Origin: an uncultured delta proteobacterium
Lineage (GTDB): Bacteria > Desulfobacterota > Binatia > JACPRU01
NCBI GenBank assembly: GCA_963745025.1
Contig: CAVUWD010000008.1
Span: 32,001-96,000, forward strand
Direction: 5' to 3'
DNA length: 64,000 nt
Shown here one piece after another: positions 11,688 through 20,028 of the stretch (positions within the stretch are counted from its first letter, which is position 1; every line of letters starts with the position of its first letter). The notes under the pieces are model-generated. The model searched no databases and was not told the DNA's origin. It saw only the letters and a program-made list of their open reading frames with translations. Position numbers and translations under genes: made by a program.

Positions 11688-11768
11688 TCATCGTGACCGA
11701 AAAGCGTCGCCAACCCCTGTCCCACAAGGCTTTCAGCAACTCACCCGCCCTTCACGAGCACACACACT

Positions 11769-12570
11769 TTGGAGAAGACCCACTGCAGATGGGAGGATCC
11801 GGTGGGTCTGAAGGAAAAGAGCGCGGATGTAGGACGAGCGCCCGCGCCGAGAAGAGCCACAACAGGGCGTTCCGACCTGATTGAACGGCTATCGCGCGTC
11901 GGGGTCTTCGGCATTGGGTCAGCCGGTCCGCCAGACGCTTCTGAGCTGCAGGAGCTCATACGCGAGGTCGAGACGGCCCTAGTTGAGCAGCCGACCCTAG
12001 AACTCCGCTATCGGCTTGCGACTGCGATCATGACATACGTATTCTTTCACGTCCGAGGGGACGCACGAGTACTTTGGCTGAATCGCGCAGACGGACTCTT
12101 GCGACAGGCCCTCGCGGAGGCCGAGCGCCTCGGTTCAGCGTCGCCGGTTGCGCTGCCAGAAGTCCGCGCCGTGTTGTCGCGGCTTCTCGTGGAATCGCCG
12201 ACCGTCCGCGATCTGGCGACAGCGGAGAAGCAGCTGCGTGCGACCTGGAAAGAGACGACTGAGTACCGACCGGAATTGTGCTCGCTTGTAAGTGCCGTCT
12301 ATAAGCAAGGGCGCTATGCCGAAGCCGCGGAACTGGCGCTGGAACTGCACCAAAGAGCCACAAAAGACAGCGAGTGGTGCGACAACCCGCCGCCCGCCGC
12401 TACAGCTCGCAGTTAGTGCACTGCGAGCTGAGGTGAGACGACTGAAGAAAGCAAACGACGCGCGGGCTGCCCGAGCTGTCTCCGAGCGACTCTGTCGTCT
12501 GCCCTATGCGAGTGACAATGATCGGAGGATCCTCGAGCGACTTCGCGTGGAATCTCCGGCAACGGCCTGA
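11769..12570 (+). CDS. Helical-repeat (TPR-like) hypothetical protein, frameshift near 12395; start uncertain
   Basis: All-helical ORF with LVSAVYKQGRYAEAAELA TPR-like segment; continues in a second frame to 12570. Confidence 0.5.
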
Positions 12571-13003
12571 ACGTGCCAAGTGGGTCGCGTGAAGCTTCGG
12601 AGCCACGCCCAGCCACGACCCGAGGCTATGACGCTCAAGCCTACGATACGTTTCGAGCGCACTTCAATTAGACCAAGCTCGCTGAGCTCGACATAAACCG
12701 CGCTTCTGGATGGTCGTCTCCAGGATGATTGACAGCCAGCGTTTTCTCTTCTGCTCGGCCGAGCGTGCGATTCGGTTCGATCGAGAGCCCGATGTGTCTC
12801 AACAAAGAACGTCCTCACTTGCCCGAGATGCCGACTGCGAGAGCCATTAGATCATTCGCAGTCAAACTGTGAGCATCGTTCATACTGAGTGCGCACTACC
12901 TCCAAAACCGCTCTTTCATTGCGCCGCGCAAACTTTAGTAAACAAAAACCATTCGCTGCGCCATAATAGTAGATAGATAGGACCGAAGGCCGAGGTCTGT
13001 CTG

Positions 13004-13041
13004 AAGCCCCGGGAGGAATGCTCCTCTCCGGGGCTTTTTTT
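13004..13041 (+). terminator. Terminator-like hairpin (copy 1) upstream of small ORF
   Basis: AAGCCCCGG...CCGGGGCTT followed by a T run. Confidence 0.65.
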
Positions 13042-13095
13042 CTTTCTCGGCCACAACAGGTCGCCGCCAGAGGGCGAGCGATCGGGAGGTGAGTC

Positions 13096-13251
13096 ATGTC
13101 CAGAGTCGTTTGGAAGAGAGTCGGAGAGGTAGTGCTGGATGTCCTTGTGGTGGCGGTGGTCATCGTGGCGACTGCCCTCGTAGAAAAGCTCGCACGAGCG
13201 GTGGGCGACTTCGGCTCCGGTGGTGAGATCGATGAAGGAGAGAGACCGTAG
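13096..13251 (+). CDS. 51-aa single-TM peptide (not in ORF track)
   Basis: GGAGGTG RBS; MSRVVWKRVGEVVLDVLVVAVVIVATALVEKLARAVGDFGSGGEIDEGERP*. Confidence 0.65.
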   Translation: MSRVVWKRVGEVVLDVLVVAVVIVATALVEKLARAVGDFGSGGEIDEGERP

Positions 13252-13329
13252 GCCCACCAACCGTGCACCAACGTAGCAGCGACGATCGGTGAGCGCTCAC
13301 GCACTCACCGATTGCCAGGTCCACCAACC

Positions 13330-13370
13330 GAAGCCCCGCCGGGAACACCCCGCGCGGGGCTTCTTCTTTT
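13330..13370 (+). terminator. Terminator-like hairpin (copy 2) upstream of Cys-rich ORF
   Basis: GAAGCCCCGC...GCGGGGCTTC plus TTCTTTT; same stem base as copy 1. Confidence 0.6.
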
Positions 13371-13388
13371 CGCAATCCGGAGGTGCGA

Positions 13389-14141
13389 ATGCGAGTAACC
13401 CTTGTTCGAAAAAGCGCGAACCGAAAAACCGGGTCCATCCCAGTCTCGATGAGCCCGAAATCGACTTGTCCTTTGACCTGTCCACTTCGGAGAAATGGCT
13501 GCTACGCCGAGCATGGCCCGGTCGGCTGGCATTGGAAGCGGCTCTCCCTTGGCGACACCGGCATCAGCTGGAAGGCATTTCTGGAGAACGTCCGACACCT
13601 ACCGAAAGATACGCAATGGCGCCACAACGTCGCAGGGGATTTACCCGGCCGCGGCGACAAGATCGACACGGAAAGACTCGCCGAGCTCGTCGAGGCAAAC
13701 CGCGGTCGGCGAGGCTTCTCGTATACGCACAAGCCTGCGCTCCCCGAGAACCTGGCGGCCATACGACGAGCGAACCGCGCGGGATTCACGATCAACCTAT
13801 CGGCCGACAATCTGGCCGAAGCCGACGAGCTCGCCAGGAAGAACGCGGGCCCGGTCGTCGTGATTCTTCCGGCCGACGCGGCTTACAACCACGTCGAGCG
13901 GACGCCCGCGGGGCGGAAGGTCATCATCTGCCCGGAGAGCTACCGCAACGACGTCACCTGTGCTTCCTGTCGGCTCTGCGTAGACGCGAAGCGCGAGACG
14001 ATCATCGGCTTTCCCGCCCACGGGCCAGGATTTCGAAAGGCCGAACGCGTGGCGCTCGCGGGGAAGGGAGGTGACAATGCCCTACGCGTCCGTTTACCGG
14101 ATTTCCCTGGTCCGCGACGGACGGCTACCGTACAAGACTAG
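13389..14141 (+). CDS. Phage-type Cys-rich protein (Gp88/DUF7227-like)
   Basis: NRKTG.IPVS..TCPLTCPL..GCYA, WRHNVAGD, FSYTHK, GFTINLS, CP..TCASCRLC, IIGFPAHG; GGAGGTG RBS. Confidence 0.7.
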   Translation: MRVTLVRKSANRKTGSIPVSMSPKSTCPLTCPLRRNGCYAEHGPVGWHWKRLSLGDTGISWKAFLENVRHLPKDTQWRHNVAGDLPGRGDKIDTERLAELVEANRGRRGFSYTHKPALPENLAAIRRANRAGFTINLSADNLAEADELARKNAGPVVVILPADAAYNHVERTPAGRKVIICPESYRNDVTCASCRLCVDAKRETIIGFPAHGPGFRKAERVALAGKGGDNALRVRLPDFPGPRRTATVQD

Positions 14142-14319
14142 GCAGTCGAATGACGTCGCGCACTGCGTGAGGCCGCCTTTGAAGGGCGTCGACCGGGAGC
14201 AAACCGAGATTACGCGCAGGCTTCGCCGGGGGGGCGACGTTATCGGCGTTCGCGTTTTGGACGACGTAATCATAGGCGCCGATGGCCATCGGAGCTTCGT
14301 TGGCGCGGGCTACTGCTAA
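14077..14319 (+). pseudogene. radC: RadC/JAB-domain gene with internal deletion
   Basis: YRISLVRD..DREQ joined directly to ITRRL..G..IGVRVLDDVIIG..SF; the HNHPSG core is absent. Confidence 0.8.
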
Positions 14320-14521
14320 TCCGAACAACCGAACGCAGCCGCAGACGACCGAGCTTCCGGTTCAGCATCAAAGTTTCCGCCTGAATCGATCAATCGATCC
14401 CGTCTCCGTCCCGCCCGCCACATCTCCAAGTCTCGTCCTTCGGCTTTCCATCCATGACCGGCAGCAGCGCGAACTCTATACGGCTCGCGTTGCTGCCGGT
14501 CCCTCCTTCTTTTTTTGCTTC

Positions 14522-16375
14522 TTACTGCAGAAGCGGACGGTCCGTATCGCTGCCTGGAGCGGCAACGCCGGTAGGTGGCTTTAGTGTGTTGACTTTCTTG
14601 TTCGTCACATGGCGCAGGAGCTGCGAGGCTGTCCCTGCCGTCCACGGTCGACCTGTCTTGGTGAAAAGCTCTAGCTCGTTTAGTCGACGCCCGACCTCGC
14701 AGGGGCGGAGACCTTGCGCGGCAAGCTTACGGGCCTTCCGTTGAGTGAACGGTGGAAGAAGGATTGTGAGTTCGTGGTCCGGCTCGTCGTCGACCCACTT
14801 GATCCGGAGGCGGATTGTCTCGTTCGTCCGCTCGAGGACTGTGACGCGCTCGACCAGAGCACGGATGACTTCCTTTCGCTCCTCATTGGTGGTCGTCTCC
14901 GCCATGAAGATCTCGAGGAGCTGGTCGGCGATCTCAAGAAGGCGGTCGAGAGCGGTGTCGTCAAATTTCAGGATCTCCTGTCGCTCATTCTCTACCGCCA
15001 GCTTGACCTGCTCGCGATTGTCTTTGACCTCTCGCAAGGCCTGCTCAAGCTCCTGGACCACCTCGACGTTCGTCGGGTCGACGATCCTCACTCTGTAGCG
15101 GAGCTCCTCAAGCTCCCTCTCGAGGGCGTTCATTTGCAACCGCCGCAGGTGCTCCCCCGCGGCGAGGTCTCGCCGTGCTCGGTCAAGCGCTTCGCGGAGA
15201 GCATTCAAGCGCGGAGCCGTGAGGCGTGCGAGAACGGCGTCTCGAATGGCCGGATCCACCCGTCGGGCGGGTACGCTGACGCAAGACCGGCGGCCGCGGT
15301 CTCGCTCGCCCTTACAGTAGTAGGCGGGCGCCCGGACGCAGTCAGTCCGAGCATCGCCGTAATGGATCATCATCCGCCTGCCGCCTTGCGTGCCGACATG
15401 AACGGGGCAGTCGATGAGCCTCTCTAGGAGGGCCGCGCCGCGGCCAGCGGGTCGACCGTCGCCCTTCTTTGTATTGTCGTCGAGGATCTTCTGTATCTCG
15501 AACCAATCCTCGGTCGAAACGTAAGCCTCGTGATGCCCTTCGATGACAATGCGCTCTTCCCGAGGGGTCGGGATGCGACGAACCCGCCCACCCGGCGTCT
15601 TTCTGGCCGGATCGATTTGCGATTTTCCGAATTCGTACGCGCCCGTATAGGAGAAATTGCGATAGATATCGAGCAACAGGGACTCATTCGCTTCTGTTGG
15701 CCCCTTCCTGCCAGGGAACCGCATACCGAGGTCGTTGAGCGCACGGATCGTTTTCCCCACGGAACGGAGCTTGAGGATCAACTGGAACGCGGTCCGCAAG
15801 GACAGCTGAACCCACGTTCTCGGATCCAAGGCCCAGGTCTTCTGCATGTAGCCCATCGGGGAGCGGGTGACTGACTTTCCCGCCTTGGCTTTCGCGACCC
15901 GCCCCCGGCGCATCGTCTCGGAGCGATAAGACGTGTCGATGTCCGAAACGACGGCCATGAGCTTCGCGTAGACCAGATGCCCCGACACGCGCATGTCGTA
16001 GACGCGGCCATCGAGGGCCACGAGCACGTCGAATGCGGCACAGATGTTGAGAAGGTGAAACCAATTTCCTGCTTCGCGTCCGAGGCGCGTGAAGTCGACG
16101 GCGATGAGGATCCCGACTTTGCCTTCTTGGATCAGCTGTATGATCCTCTGATAGCCCTCCCTCAGAGCCGTTGTTCCCGACACTCCGAGATCCTCGATGA
16201 CGAGAATCAGAGTCTCGATCCACCCCCAGAGGAGGGCGTACCGCTTTTGATTACGCTGTGCCTCCGTGCTGCCGGTATTATTTTGAACCTGGAACTCCGT
16301 GCTCTGCCGGACGTAGACGATCGCGAGACGATTCAGATGCTGGTCCTTGATTTCTTGAGGCCTCGATTCGGGCAC
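14522..16375 (-). CDS. Large serine recombinase (resolvase + recombinase + Zn-ribbon + C-terminal HTH)
   Basis: IVYVRQST catalytic Ser, EDLGVSG, DFTRLGR, PMGY, YTGAY, IEGHHEAYV, CPVH; 617 aa uninterrupted. Confidence 0.93.
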   Translation of the reverse strand: MPESRPQEIKDQHLNRLAIVYVRQSTEFQVQNNTGSTEAQRNQKRYALLWGWIETLILVIEDLGVSGTTALREGYQRIIQLIQEGKVGILIAVDFTRLGREAGNWFHLLNICAAFDVLVALDGRVYDMRVSGHLVYAKLMAVVSDIDTSYRSETMRRGRVAKAKAGKSVTRSPMGYMQKTWALDPRTWVQLSLRTAFQLILKLRSVGKTIRALNDLGMRFPGRKGPTEANESLLLDIYRNFSYTGAYEFGKSQIDPARKTPGGRVRRIPTPREERIVIEGHHEAYVSTEDWFEIQKILDDNTKKGDGRPAGRGAALLERLIDCPVHVGTQGGRRMMIHYGDARTDCVRAPAYYCKGERDRGRRSCVSVPARRVDPAIRDAVLARLTAPRLNALREALDRARRDLAAGEHLRRLQMNALERELEELRYRVRIVDPTNVEVVQELEQALREVKDNREQVKLAVENERQEILKFDDTALDRLLEIADQLLEIFMAETTTNEERKEVIRALVERVTVLERTNETIRLRIKWVDDEPDHELTILLPPFTQRKARKLAAQGLRPCEVGRRLNELELFTKTGRPWTAGTASQLLRHVTNKKVNTLKPPTGVAAPGSDTDRPLLQ

Positions 16376-16530
16376 GATTGGTTCCTCCTTTCGTTCTCGA
16401 GCACCTTGACTGCGAGGCGAGCGAGGAGCCGCTCTGCTCGATTGAGCGCCTCGCTCCCCAGAGAGGGTTCTGCTGGTGGTGCCGGAGCGGAGCTCTTGGT
16501 CCGCGCCCGGGCTCGCTTGGATGGATCCAT
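16333..16530 (-). CDS. Small ORF overlapping the LSR start (candidate accessory/directionality factor)
   Basis: AGGAGGTG RBS; MDPSKRAR...AERLLARLAVKVLENERR. Confidence 0.55.
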   Translation of the reverse strand: MDPSKRARARTKSSAPAPPAEPSLGSEALNRAERLLARLAVKVLENERRNQSCPNRGLKKSRTSI

Positions 16531-16650
16531 CGATTCACCTCCTGGAAGAAGCAAAGAGCGGAAGGGTCGCGCGCCGACGCCGAGGCGCCAGGCGTACCTC
16601 TCCCGCCCGTGTTCACCGAGAGTATGGCGCGCGCGCCGGGGATCTTTAGG

Positions 16651-16702
16651 TTCCGGTGCATTTCCTAGGTAATTCTCGAATTAGGCCTGAGATGCACCGG
16701 AA
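16651..16702. mobile_element. 52-bp symmetric att-like site for the LSR
   Basis: TTCCGGTGCAT-N8-TAATTC-[TC]-GAATTA-N8-ATGCACCGGAA, symmetric about a central dinucleotide. Confidence 0.7.
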
Positions 16703-16723
16703 TATTCCGCGGCTGTTCGACGC

Positions 16724-17311
16724 CTATGCATCCTTCTTCGCTGACGCTTTCAGCAGCAGGCGGGTGAAGGTCTCAGCCAGGGAACTCACGGCGTGCAGCA
16801 GATTAGGGTCCGGAGGTCGCATGGGTGTGGCTGCGACGTCGACATCCCCTGCCGCTGCATCCGCTGATGCTTCGCCGGTAGGGCGTGGCTGCTTTCTGGA
16901 AGGGCTGTTCGGTGTCGAACTCGATGGGGAAGGGGGTCGGCGCGACACGGCGCTGGGCGCCCCGCCGTCGCCGTTGTCCTTATTGGGAGGATTGGGCTCA
17001 GGGTGATGATCGCCGTCGGACGGGCGAGCATCGCCAACCGGATCGTCGGCATTGCTTGCCAGTGGTGACATGACGCGCTCGGCCACCGTGGTGGACGTCG
17101 TCGCCAGCGGCGGCGTCGTGGTGCTCGGCGAGAGAGGCTGGTCTGCTCTGGGCGGAGCTTCAGTTGCTTCCCTCACGTGGCGATGGACGTGCTCATGGTG
17201 CTGTTTTCCGCCGAAGGGGAGGGTGCCTTGGCGCTCGCGATGCTGATCACGCTGCGAATCGCCGATGATGCTCGAGCGAGTGAGAGAAGTACGGCGATCT
17301 TTAGCGGCCAT
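16724..17311 (-). CDS. Low-complexity hypothetical protein downstream of AlpA
   Basis: 195-aa ORF overlapping the AlpA stop; Pro/Ser/Thr-rich with an amphipathic C-terminal helix. Confidence 0.45.
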   Translation of the reverse strand: MAAKDRRTSLTRSSIIGDSQRDQHRERQGTLPFGGKQHHEHVHRHVREATEAPPRADQPLSPSTTTPPLATTSTTVAERVMSPLASNADDPVGDARPSDGDHHPEPNPPNKDNGDGGAPSAVSRRPPSPSSSTPNSPSRKQPRPTGEASADAAAGDVDVAATPMRPPDPNLLHAVSSLAETFTRLLLKASAKKDA

Positions 17312-17903
17312 CGCCTACTCCGCCGTCCCCGCCGCCAACCTGACGGCGCTCCTGGACCCACCTATCGACCTCGGTCCGGAGCCAGCCGACGCTTCGGGAC
17401 GAGATCTTCCTCCTCGGAGGGAAGAGCCCGCGCTTCTCCGCCCTCCAGACGGTGCTTCTGGCGAGCCCCGTTATGGTACGAAGTTCCTTGAAACGGACGT
17501 AGCGGTCCCCGTCACCATCTTTTGGATGAGGGTGGGCCGCCTCTGAGTCTCTCGCTACGTTCTCTGTGGGGAGGAGATTCTCTTTGGAGACAAGGTGGCG
17601 GACGTAGTCCTTCAGGGCGGTGATCGACCTCTCGAAGGCCTTGGTCAGCTCGCGTTGCTGCTTCGCGAAGAGACGCTCGACCTCTTCCAGCGAGACGGCC
17701 GTGGGGGACTTCTTCGGGGCGGGCGCTCCTAGTCGTAGGGCACGCGACCTGCCAGAAGCCGGCGGTACAGAAGCCGCGTCATAGACGGTACCCCCCCCGG
17801 CAGCGTCATGAACTCTACGGCGAGAGTCCGCTTCTTGTGCTGGGTTGCCGGGATTTACGCTTCCAAAGGAACAACCTGTGCTGGGCATTGAACGCTCCCA
17901 CAA
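17301..17903 (-). CDS. alpA: AlpA family regulator/excisionase with N-terminal extension; start uncertain
   Basis: RYVRFKELRTITGLARSTVWR..KRGLFPPRRKIS.RSVGWLRTEVDRW. Confidence 0.85.
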   Translation of the reverse strand: MWERSMPSTGCSFGSVNPGNPAQEADSRRRVHDAAGGGTVYDAASVPPASGRSRALRLGAPAPKKSPTAVSLEEVERLFAKQQRELTKAFERSITALKDYVRHLVSKENLLPTENVARDSEAAHPHPKDGDGDRYVRFKELRTITGLARSTVWRAEKRGLFPPRRKISSRSVGWLRTEVDRWVQERRQVGGGDGGVGDGR

Positions 17904-18093
17904 CAGGCGTCCTTCGGTTTTCCCGACCAGACGCGGATTTCAGCCCTTATCGGCGGCCGCTACCGTGTTGCTAATAATCAAATTACCCGCTGAGCGGAAC
18001 TTGGTCAAGGAAACGTGGTGCCGCTCGTGCGAGCGGACTCTTATGAGAGCGAGAGATACGAAGTGAACAAAAGGTAGACCTGATGTCTGATAT

Positions 18094-19305
18094 TCAGACC
18101 GCGGCCTCGAGCGAGATCACGTTCGACGGCGTCTTCGTCCGCGTCCCTGCGATGATCTCGCGGAGTTCCCGATCCCATCTTGTAAGGGCATCCCGCTTGT
18201 CCGCGTCGTAAGAGTGGCGATCGTAGATCGCGGTCACGCCCTGCTCGACGTGGTTGAGGATCTTGGCGACCACGAGCCGCGGGATCCCGATAGAGGTCAT
18301 GTAACTTGCGGCCGTCCGCCGAAGATCGTGCGGCGTGAAGTTAGGGATCCCAAGATCGTCGACACTGCGTCGAACGGCATGATCCGGCGCGGTGGCGCCC
18401 ATATGGTCCTTCTTCGGTGAGGGAAAGACCCACTGCGAGTCTTTGGCAAGCTCGCGCGCCTCGCGGAATAGCGCGATCGCTTGTTGGCCCAACGGAACAC
18501 GGTGGGGGAGTTGGTTCTTCACGCGCTCGGCGGGGATGGTCCACCATCCGTTTGCCAGGTCAATATTTTCCCACCGCGCTGATACGATCTCGCCCTTGCG
18601 CTGAGCGGTCACCAACATGAGCTTCAACACGATCCTGCTCGCAGGACTCATCGCGGCTTCATCGAGAGTTGCCCAGAACAGCCGGATCTCGTCGGGGCTC
18701 AACACTCGGTCGCGCCGATTCTCCTTCCCGGGCGGCTTGACCTGCGTGCATGGGTTGGCCGGGACAAGGTCGCGAGACAGCGCGAAGTTGAACATCCTCC
18801 TCACCACGGCGAGCGTGCGGTTGGCCGCGATGGGGGAGCCGCGATCGACGATTCGGTCGAGCAGCGCGATGACGTCCGACCGTGTGATTTCTTTCGCCTT
18901 GCTCCACCGCCAGAGTGGCAGAATGTCCTTTTCCAGAATCCGCTCGTCCTCTCTCCACGATCGCTTTCGCGGCTTCGCCCAGCGCTCGAGGTACTCCGTC
19001 GCAAGGTCTCCTACGGTTGGTGCGGTGCGATCTACCCGACGCTGCCGAACGATCGCGGCGCCGGGATCGAGGCCCTGCTCGAGGTCGGTGAGCGCTTTGC
19101 CGTGAGCTTGGTGAGCATGAGCGACCGTCATGGAAGGGTAGGTACCCAGTGTCATGCGGCGTGAGCGGCCTGCATGATGGTAGACGAACACCCACGACTT
19201 CGTGCCGTTCGGCGTCACACGGATGCCGAAGCCATTGCCCTCCCAAAACTCATAGCGAGCGTTCTTGACCTTTAGGTTCTTGATGGCCCTGTCCGTGAAC
19301 TTCAT
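18094..19305 (-). CDS. Tyrosine integrase, P4-like, with N-terminal arm-binding domain
   Basis: MKFTDRAIKNLK..GFGIRVTPNGTKSW; catalytic R (TAQRKGE), K (VKN), HDLRR, LNH, Y (AIYDRH). Confidence 0.95.
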   Translation of the reverse strand: MKFTDRAIKNLKVKNARYEFWEGNGFGIRVTPNGTKSWVFVYHHAGRSRRMTLGTYPSMTVAHAHQAHGKALTDLEQGLDPGAAIVRQRRVDRTAPTVGDLATEYLERWAKPRKRSWREDERILEKDILPLWRWSKAKEITRSDVIALLDRIVDRGSPIAANRTLAVVRRMFNFALSRDLVPANPCTQVKPPGKENRRDRVLSPDEIRLFWATLDEAAMSPASRIVLKLMLVTAQRKGEIVSARWENIDLANGWWTIPAERVKNQLPHRVPLGQQAIALFREARELAKDSQWVFPSPKKDHMGATAPDHAVRRSVDDLGIPNFTPHDLRRTAASYMTSIGIPRLVVAKILNHVEQGVTAIYDRHSYDADKRDALTRWDRELREIIAGTRTKTPSNVISLEAAV

Positions 19306-19321
19306 CTTGGTCCGTTGGTCT

Positions 19322-19343
19322 GGGGTAGCAATTGGGGTAGCAA
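19322..19343. repeat. Integrase arm-type direct repeat (left arm)
   Basis: GGGGTAGCAA twice, 12-bp period, between int start and tRNA core. Confidence 0.7.
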
Positions 19344-19484
19344 AATTGACGTTGCAATGCATGAATTTCTGTGAGACATCGTGAAACAAGAAATACCATA
19401 TAATTACCGATAATCAAAGGCAAATGAGTCTGTTCATTGACACCTATTGAATAGTCCTGAACGGCTAAGAAACAACGATGAGAT

Positions 19485-19531
19485 CTGATTCGTAATCAGC
19501 AGGTCGCCGGTTCGATTCCGGCGGGTGGCTC
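19485..19531 (+). mobile_element. att core: 3' half of tRNA-Thr(CGU), not a full tRNA
   Basis: CTGAT-TCGTAAT-CAG anticodon arm region, GCCGG-TTCGATT-CCGGC T arm, GGGTGGCT acceptor strand; no D arm or 5' strand upstream. Confidence 0.9.
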
Positions 19532-19537
19532 TTTCAA

Positions 19538-19600
19538 AATCAATGATTTATGTTACAGCCACAGATCGGAAGGAGCTTTTCAGGTAGCAAATAGGTAACA
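19538..19600. promoter_or_regulatory. IHF-like site and right arm-type repeat
   Basis: AATCAATGATTTA fits WATCAANNNNTTR; AGGTAGCAAATAGGTAACA repeats the left-arm motif. Confidence 0.6.
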
Positions 19601-19709
19601 CGCAGCGAGTATGGATCTCGAGGTTGACGAAGGAGATTCCCTCCGATCTCGATCTCGAGTACCGATTCCTGTGCGCTCCCCGGCGCGCCCAGCATGCGCC
19701 GATGATCCC

Positions 19710-19846
19710 GATTACGAATCCGCAGGGTGGCCGTCCGCCGACGTCCATGGCGTCGCAAGCCCTCGGAAATCCCAAGGTCTTCAATCCGGTATTGTCCAGC
19801 TAGTCTGCTGGTGTCCATTGGCTTGGCTGTCAGCGTGGCTGTCAAA
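19710..19846 (-). mobile_element. Second att remnant (11-bp tRNA-Thr anticodon core plus a different arm repeat)
   Basis: GATTACGAATC is the reverse complement of GATTCGTAATC; TGGCTGTCA twice with 12-bp period ~105 bp away. Confidence 0.55.
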
Positions 19847-20028
19847 CTACGCGGCTGATCTGGATGCGCCACCTCTCGCTACCTCGGCGCGAGCGCGCGA
19901 TGATGAGGAGCCGCTTTCCGCCGCGTCCACGTGTTCCAACGTTTGAAATCCAGGTGTTCGCGTTTCGCACATTCACTGCTATCGCCTGAATTCAGCGGCC
20001 TTGGCGGCCAACTTCCTGTACTGCTTGG

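Noticed and set aside
19455-19535. Complete tRNA-Thr gene
   Set aside because: No 5' acceptor strand or D arm upstream of the anticodon stem; it is an att fragment
19930-20025. IS91/ISCR-like end (AACTTCCTGTAC) at the DUF2156 truncation point
   Set aside because: Only partial resemblance and no rolling-circle transposase in the window
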